A stretch of DNA of 64,000 nucleotides, taken from an uncultured virus (IMG/VR IMGVR_UViG_3300031673_000002). Taxonomy: Duplodnaviria; Heunggongvirae; Uroviricota; Caudoviricetes. The notes below the pieces were generated by a model. That model was given only the letters and a program-made list of their open reading frames with translations, searched no databases and was not told the origin of the DNA. The stretch lies in IMG/VR virus record IMGVR_UViG_3300031673_000002. The stretch is one strand, 5' to 3'. Position numbers and translations under genes: made by a program. This document shows, piece after piece, positions 58,879-64,000 of this stretch. Within the stretch, counting starts at the first letter, position 1, and every line of letters starts with the position of its first letter.

Positions 58879-59264
58879 TGGTCGGGCTCGCACTAGGTGC
58901 CGTTGCGCGGCGGCGCCGACGAGAGAGACTGAACAGCGAGGACTGGTAGTCAACAACCACCATACAGAACATCGCGAGGAGCATGAGAACAAGCTCCGCG
59001 TAGAATGTCACCATCACTACCATCGCTACCAAAAACTGCCACATACGCAAGAGTACAGGATACCTGCTGTCCGTGCCCGCACACTTGCCCTATGTGGGGT
59101 GCGAATGGACCCTACTCGCCGAGGGTAAGGTCCGTACCGACCGATGCGAGGCGCCCTGTGCTGTAACGCGATTGACGACGCACGAACCAAGGGCGCAGGG
59201 ACAGGTGCCAGTAGAAACGGCGAGATGTCCATAACGTGTAGCCGGTTCGTATCGTTCGCGCCCA

Positions 59265-59417
59265 TCAGTTCTTCCCCTTGGTGCGGGTGTCGAAGTCAGC
59301 GACCGTGATGACGCGGACCCGGTAGGTCGCGACGCCCATCACGTCACGGTGAGGCTTGATCTCACCCGTCACGGGGCAGGTCGGCAGGTCGCGGTTGCGG
59401 TTGCGGTTGTTGCTCAT
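59265..59417 (-). CDS. 50-aa hypothetical protein (not in ORF track)
   Basis: AAGGAG SD; MSNNRNRNRDLPTCPVTGEIKPHRDV...; directly downstream of the promoter at 59441-59468. Confidence 0.65.
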   Translation of the reverse strand: MSNNRNRNRDLPTCPVTGEIKPHRDVMGVATYRVRVITVADFDTRTKGKN

Positions 59418-59440
59418 CTTTTTCTCCTTGGTACCCTCTC

Positions 59441-59692
59441 ATAGTAAACCCTTTGCTAAGGCCGTCAAGCGTTGTGTGTCGATTTTCCAAGCAACATTGG
59501 CGTGTACCCAGGGCACGCACAGGCCCCGTGGGGCGCTCTGAGCGCCCCTGAGCCCCATAAGCCATCCTCCATAGTGGGACCGGGAAACTGGCGAAAAGTC
59601 GATCCTGGGGCATCCTACGCTGCCCTATTTCCCAAGCATTTTAGGCTACTTACGGTGTCTCATCGTGGGTACTCGTAACAAGTCGCTTGACA
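59441..59692. repeat. Dispersed non-coding element, copy 3 (more diverged)
   Basis: Shares GTCGATTTYCCAAGCAACAT, CTGAGCCCCATAAG, CCTCCATAGTGG and ATCCTGGGGCATCCT with copy 1; leftward TAGC promoter. Confidence 0.8.
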
Positions 59693-59694
59693 CC

Positions 59695-59728
59695 AAAAGA
59701 AAGAGGGCCACCGAAGTGACCCTTCTTT
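59695..59728 (-). terminator. Intrinsic terminator of the DUF932 gene
   Basis: Minus strand AGGGTCAC-TTCG-GTGGCCCT then CTTTCTTTT. Confidence 0.75.
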
Positions 59729-59747
59729 CCCCCGTGGTCGGCTTTGG

Positions 59748-60731
59748 CTAGACGCTGGCCAGCATCTTCTGGGCCTGCTGGTTCATCTTGTCGCCAGCCC
59801 CGAACCAGGCGCCGGCTTGGCGGAGTCCGCTGCGCGTCTCGGTGTCAGAGCCGCCGCCGCGCACCGTCAGGTAGTGCGACGTGTACTCCGTCACCGCCTG
59901 GAGCATCCCGTAGCGAGTCCCGCGAACCCCCGGGATGCTTGTGCCCGCACCCGACTCCGCGAGTTCGAGGATCTTGTCCCGCTGCGTCCGGGCCTTGCCG
60001 GAGACAACGAGGTTGCCGTTCGCGTCTACCTTCTCGGGGATGAGGTCTGCCACGAACTTCTCCATGTCCTTCTGCGAGAACGTCTGCTTGGTGAGGAAGA
60101 GGCAAAGCTCGCGGTACCGCTTGACCTCCTCAGTGGCGAAGCCCAAGACGCGCTGTGCCTCTTCCAGCCGCGCTCGGGGGTTGCCGATGTGGCGGATCGC
60201 GAGCCCCGTCTTCCCGGCAGCCGTGAGCGCGAGGTTCAGCGTGTTGTTGCAGACCACGCGGACAGAGGTCACGAGGACGCGGAACGACCCCGTGCCGTCA
60301 TGGCAGTTGGTCGCGAGGACGTAGTTGTTCGTGAGGTCGCCGGGGATGGGCTCGAAGTCCTGCGTCGTCAACTTGCCAAGGACGAAGATCGTCTTGCCGC
60401 CACGGAGGCTGCCCGCCGTGTGGTACTCCATCTCCCCAATGAGCGGAAGCTCGTCGAGGAACTGCCCGGCCTCCGCGTTCTGGATGACGCGGTACTTGTT
60501 TCCAACCACCCCGAGCGGCTTGTGGTCGCTCATCCGGACCACCGCGTGGCTGTCCGGGCACTTCACCTCGCCGACGCCTGCGATGTGGGCGTAGACGGGC
60601 TGGATCTTGACCTCCCAGTCCAGGCCCGAGAGGCGCAGCATGTCTTCCCATTTCTGGGGCGCCCCGAGAAGGTTCTCCTTCCCATGCCAGGTCTTGCCGA
60701 ACGATGCCATGGTCTCTACGAGGTCTGCCAT
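59748..60731 (-). CDS. DUF932 (phage/plasmid-like TIGR03299) protein
   Basis: WHG, SGLDWEV, LGVVGNKYRVIQN, TAGSLRGGK, NCHDGTGS, VRVVCNNTL, IRH. Confidence 0.88.
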   Translation of the reverse strand: MADLVETMASFGKTWHGKENLLGAPQKWEDMLRLSGLDWEVKIQPVYAHIAGVGEVKCPDSHAVVRMSDHKPLGVVGNKYRVIQNAEAGQFLDELPLIGEMEYHTAGSLRGGKTIFVLGKLTTQDFEPIPGDLTNNYVLATNCHDGTGSFRVLVTSVRVVCNNTLNLALTAAGKTGLAIRHIGNPRARLEEAQRVLGFATEEVKRYRELCLFLTKQTFSQKDMEKFVADLIPEKVDANGNLVVSGKARTQRDKILELAESGAGTSIPGVRGTRYGMLQAVTEYTSHYLTVRGGGSDTETRSGLRQAGAWFGAGDKMNQQAQKMLASV

Positions 60732-60762
60732 TGGGTACTCCCTGTTCTTGGTTGGTGTACCA

Positions 60763-60791
60763 AGCATAAGCAGGAGTCCACTGCGCGTCAA
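60763..60791 (-). promoter_or_regulatory. Sigma70-like promoter
   Basis: TTGACG-N17-TATGCT. Confidence 0.6.
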
Positions 60792-60809
60792 GCGAAGCTG
60801 CGTTATGAG

Positions 60810-63098
60810 CTAGACAATTGTGATAGACACGGCAGGCAAGATGCTGAGGTTAAGCCCATCGGAGGAGGCGAACCGTACCTGACGGGTCGGGTAGTCTCGC
60901 TCTTCCCAGACGATAGCTGTGTTGTTGGCATCCGATCCGGTGGCGTAAGACCCACCCAGGCTCGGGATGGATACGTCCACGCTGGTCGCCGAGTTGTAGG
61001 CGGTGATCTCGAACGTGCCGCCGTTAAACGGGTCGCTCACACCTGTGATGATCAAGCGGTGTCCCACCGACCCAGGCGTCATGCCGCTGAGACCCGTGAC
61101 CACCATGTCGCCACCGCCTGACATGCCGGTGATGCCGAGGAGTGGCGTACCAGACTGCGTGATGGCTACGTTACCCGCTGTGCCTGACCTGTCATGGGTT
61201 AGGTCTACCTGAGATACACCACCGTTGGTCGCCGTAATTAGCAACAGGGGAGCGTTGGTTACCGCTGTGATGATGGCGTCGCGGACCTGCGACTGGATGT
61301 CGAATACCGTGAACGGTACCTGACGCAGCGTGGCCGACTCGACCACCGAGGAGTTGTTGTCGAACTCAAACGTGACCGCCGCGTTTACGCCATCGTCGAG
61401 GGTGAACGACTCGCCATCCACGATGTTCACGCCGTTGTCGGTAGTAAGCGTTCCTGTCGCCACAGGGCTAGCGCCCAACGAGGCCGCTACTCCCGAACCG
61501 ACCGACAAGCTAGGTACGCCACTGACCTCGCCCGTGATGTCGTCGATGCTGAGCCCGCTGGGTAGCGCGTCGATCGCAACGTAAGATACAATGCCTTGAT
61601 CATCGAGGGCCGGGACCGTCGGAAGGAACGAAACGAACACACCGTCGGAGAGAAGCTGATCGGTATAGGTCGGCGTTGACGGAGGCGCCTTTCGGATCCA
61701 GCTCGCCAGGCTCATGCCACGTACGTTAAGCCAAGCTACCGTTGCAGCTTGATCGCCATCGAGTGCCGCCGAGAATAGCCCAACCTCGTCGATCTCCGCT
61801 GTCGTTACCGTGTTGATACCGCCAACCTCATTGGCGCCTATGTACATAGGCTCTGCATTATCAATAGATCCCGCGTTCAACGTGATTCCGAGAACACTCG
61901 TACCGATCGAGATACCGTCGATGAACGCCTCAGCACCAACATCGCGGTCTACGGATACAACAACCGTGTGAAAGGAGCCGTCATCGAGGGATGCATGCGG
62001 GAACGTTAGGTTGGCGTAACTACCAATGCTGTCGCCGTGACTCAGTGTTGTCAGCGTCGGCTCCACCAAGACACGCCAACCAGGGTTGGCCAGCAAGTCC
62101 ATCTTGTTTAGAAGCTCAATGTCCGTGGAGCCGCCTCCCGTCACCTTCACGGCACCGACGATGGTGTAGTCGCCTACACCAATGCTCAGGTCCGCGTTGT
62201 CGGGAACCTCTAGGTAGTCACCGTTACCGCCCCCGGCGGCTACGAAGTTAAGCCCGTTGCCCACTGTCCCCGCTACGGCTGTCGGCGGGCCATGCATGGT
62301 AGCTGGAAGCTCCCCAGTACCATCAAGCACAAAACCGCTGAGCGCGTCGATCTCCATCGTGGAGTAGAAGATCGGCGCGGGCAACGCCACACCAAGGATG
62401 GTGAAGGTGATGGGCTTGCTCACCACCGTTCCATCAGCCTGGATGATGATACCGCTGTAGACGCCAGCAGGCGAACCACCGAGCAGCGCCGCTGCGTCGG
62501 GGGTTACGATGATCTCGCCCGTACCTGCGTTGAGGGAAGCACCGCTCGGCAGCGTCCCCGAAAACAGCGCGTACGCCCCGTAGGAACCGTTACCCGTCTC
62601 CGGCGTCATAGAAAGCGTGTTGCCGATGACGACCTTGGCCCCAGAGAAGTAGCTCAGGATGTTTCCTTGCAGATCAAGCGGCCACGCAATCGGCATCCTA
62701 GAAAACAGATCAAAGACAATGCGCCCGAAGTGACAGTGGGCGATCAGGAACTCGTAGCCGACAGCGAGTCCCGTGGTGCCTGCGTCCGTGACTGTGGCGA
62801 TGAGCCCGGCTTCCCCCGTGATCGACGTGAACTCGTCCCCAGAGACGGTGGTGTACACGGTCTCTTTACCACGGGGGATAGACATCTCATCGACGCTGAC
62901 TGCGGTGACCTCCTTGCGGAAGACCTCAGCCAGAAGCGCCGTCGCGGCTGGGTTCAATGCCAGGGGTGACTCGGGCGAGCCTGCGTTGAACCCAGAGCTA
63001 CCGTAGGCGACGTGAGTGATGTCGAAGACAAGGTCATCGGACCAAATCTCGTCGATTCGTGTCCGGCCCTCGTCTGTATAGTCCATCAGCAGCGACAC
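60810..63098 (-). CDS. Virion structural protein: tail-collar-like N-terminus, Ig-like (He_PIG-type) and LamG domains
   Basis: ITHVAYG..LLAEVFRK..EAGL; LPSGxS(L/I)xxxTGE twice; FHTVVVSVDR..IDEVGLF; shares the GHRLIITG..NGGTF repeat type with the 19622 gene. Confidence 0.7.
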   Translation of the reverse strand: MSLLMDYTDEGRTRIDEIWSDDLVFDITHVAYGSSGFNAGSPESPLALNPAATALLAEVFRKEVTAVSVDEMSIPRGKETVYTTVSGDEFTSITGEAGLIATVTDAGTTGLAVGYEFLIAHCHFGRIVFDLFSRMPIAWPLDLQGNILSYFSGAKVVIGNTLSMTPETGNGSYGAYALFSGTLPSGASLNAGTGEIIVTPDAAALLGGSPAGVYSGIIIQADGTVVSKPITFTILGVALPAPIFYSTMEIDALSGFVLDGTGELPATMHGPPTAVAGTVGNGLNFVAAGGGNGDYLEVPDNADLSIGVGDYTIVGAVKVTGGGSTDIELLNKMDLLANPGWRVLVEPTLTTLSHGDSIGSYANLTFPHASLDDGSFHTVVVSVDRDVGAEAFIDGISIGTSVLGITLNAGSIDNAEPMYIGANEVGGINTVTTAEIDEVGLFSAALDGDQAATVAWLNVRGMSLASWIRKAPPSTPTYTDQLLSDGVFVSFLPTVPALDDQGIVSYVAIDALPSGLSIDDITGEVSGVPSLSVGSGVAASLGASPVATGTLTTDNGVNIVDGESFTLDDGVNAAVTFEFDNNSSVVESATLRQVPFTVFDIQSQVRDAIITAVTNAPLLLITATNGGVSQVDLTHDRSGTAGNVAITQSGTPLLGITGMSGGGDMVVTGLSGMTPGSVGHRLIITGVSDPFNGGTFEITAYNSATSVDVSIPSLGGSYATGSDANNTAIVWEERDYPTRQVRFASSDGLNLSILPAVSITIV

Positions 63099-63105
63099 GA
63101 ACTAC

Positions 63106-63768
63106 CTACTTGATCGTCTTCCACATCTCGTCGAGGACCCTACGTAGGGTCTTCATGTCCGCCATCTTCTTCCCCTCAAGCCACGGAAGCAAGCGTTCAT
63201 CGTCTTTGGCGACGTGACTCTCGCCCGCAGCTACGGGGTAGCCAGCGAACCTTTGAATGAAGGCGTTGTGAAGCTCGTAGCTAAACGCGGTCTTCGCGAT
63301 GTCCACCTTGCCATCGACGATCATCTCGTCGAGAACACCGATTTGGATCAGCGTCTCGCTGTGTGTAAGCCCGGTCAGCTTGTCCGGCTTCCCATCCCCG
63401 TTCATATCGGTCAGCCCAAGCCGCTCATGTACCGCAGACCGAAGCGCTCCTCGGGTGAAGACGCACTTCACCTTGGCAGCGTGCTTCTTGATATGAGCAG
63501 AGGTCACGGCAACATCGATAGCTGCATATGCTTCAGGCATTATTTCCGCGTAGGCATCGACGAACATCTCCACTTCAGCGGTGTTGAATCCCTTCGCCCA
63601 AGCAGGTCGGAAGTAGAGCCACCGCATCGGGGAGAAGTAGAACCTGATCCCGCGCGCCCTTGCCCTCGGAAGGTTAGGGCTGAGGAAGAACGTCAGCGGA
63701 AGCCACACACCGATGATGAGGAAGACCAGGACGATGATGACAGCGATGATCACGGGAGGCTGTTCCAC
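63106..63768 (-). CDS. Hypothetical protein with N-terminal TM helix
   Basis: Hydrophobic N-terminus; ELH motif. Confidence 0.6.
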   Translation of the reverse strand: MEQPPVIIAVIIVLVFLIIGVWLPLTFFLSPNLPRARARGIRFYFSPMRWLYFRPAWAKGFNTAEVEMFVDAYAEIMPEAYAAIDVAVTSAHIKKHAAKVKCVFTRGALRSAVHERLGLTDMNGDGKPDKLTGLTHSETLIQIGVLDEMIVDGKVDIAKTAFSYELHNAFIQRFAGYPVAAGESHVAKDDERLLPWLEGKKMADMKTLRRVLDEMWKTIK

Positions 63769-63771
63769 AAC

Positions 63772-64000
63772 TCACCACTGCTGACGGAGCAGCACGCCGA
63801 CCGCACCTGTTGCGAATGCCTGGACGGGAGAGGTCCGGCTCAGCGTCGCCCGGAGACGGAACTGGTAGCGGGTCTGCGCCGGTCCTTGGACCGCGACAGA
63901 GAAGCCCGCACGCGGAACCTCTCGCCATGCTGTAGCAGCGATGGCAGGAGAAGCTGTTGCATCACCTGGGTCACGAACTTCCAAGGTCAGCGAGTCCGGG
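63772..64000 (-). CDS. 3' end of a hypothetical (possibly structural) gene cut by the window edge
   Basis: Open frame ending YQFRLRATL..LLRQQW*. Confidence 0.5.
   Translation of the reverse strand, partial: PDSLTLEVRDPGDATASPAIAATAWREVPRAGFSVAVQGPAQTRYQFRLRATLSRTSPVQAFATGAVGVLLRQQW

Noticed and set aside
1..64000. Stop-codon reassignment suggested by the phage release factor
   Set aside because: Conserved genes are uninterrupted in code 11 and end in TAG, TGA and TAA; no suppressor tRNA seen in this window
1..64000. CRISPR array, integrase or transposase
   Set aside because: No regularly spaced repeats or recognisable recombinase motifs found by eye

Overview
A 64-kb slice of a large, GC-rich tailed-phage genome (jumbo-phage-like), read in the standard genetic code since TAG, TGA and TAA all end genes. 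The host is probably Myxococcota, inferred from a lipoprotein with myxobacterial-type Cys/Asp repeats. It holds virion or fibre genes, including a four-member family of modular LamG-like proteins, and DNA metabolism genes (SbcC/Rad50, DnaX, UvrD, dCTP deaminase, two DNA methyltransferases plus a truncated third, a minimal ligase domain). It also carries GroES, tRNA-Thr(UGU), vWA proteins and clusters of small accessory genes driven by a distinctive promoter class. Three observations stand out. (1) An RF1-like release factor lacking domain 1 is split by a classic RF2-type +1 frameshift cassette (GGAGG-N3-CTT TGA C) at a position not homologous to the one in prfB; the ORF track misses its true start. 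(2) A non-coding element of about 250-370 bp occurs three times, with covarying palindromes, a sigma54-like box and outward-facing promoters; one copy is flanked by a 50/53-bp inverted repeat. (3) The LamG-like family shows module shuffling with 28-53-nt identical tracts. All calls come from reading motifs by eye; no database search was run.
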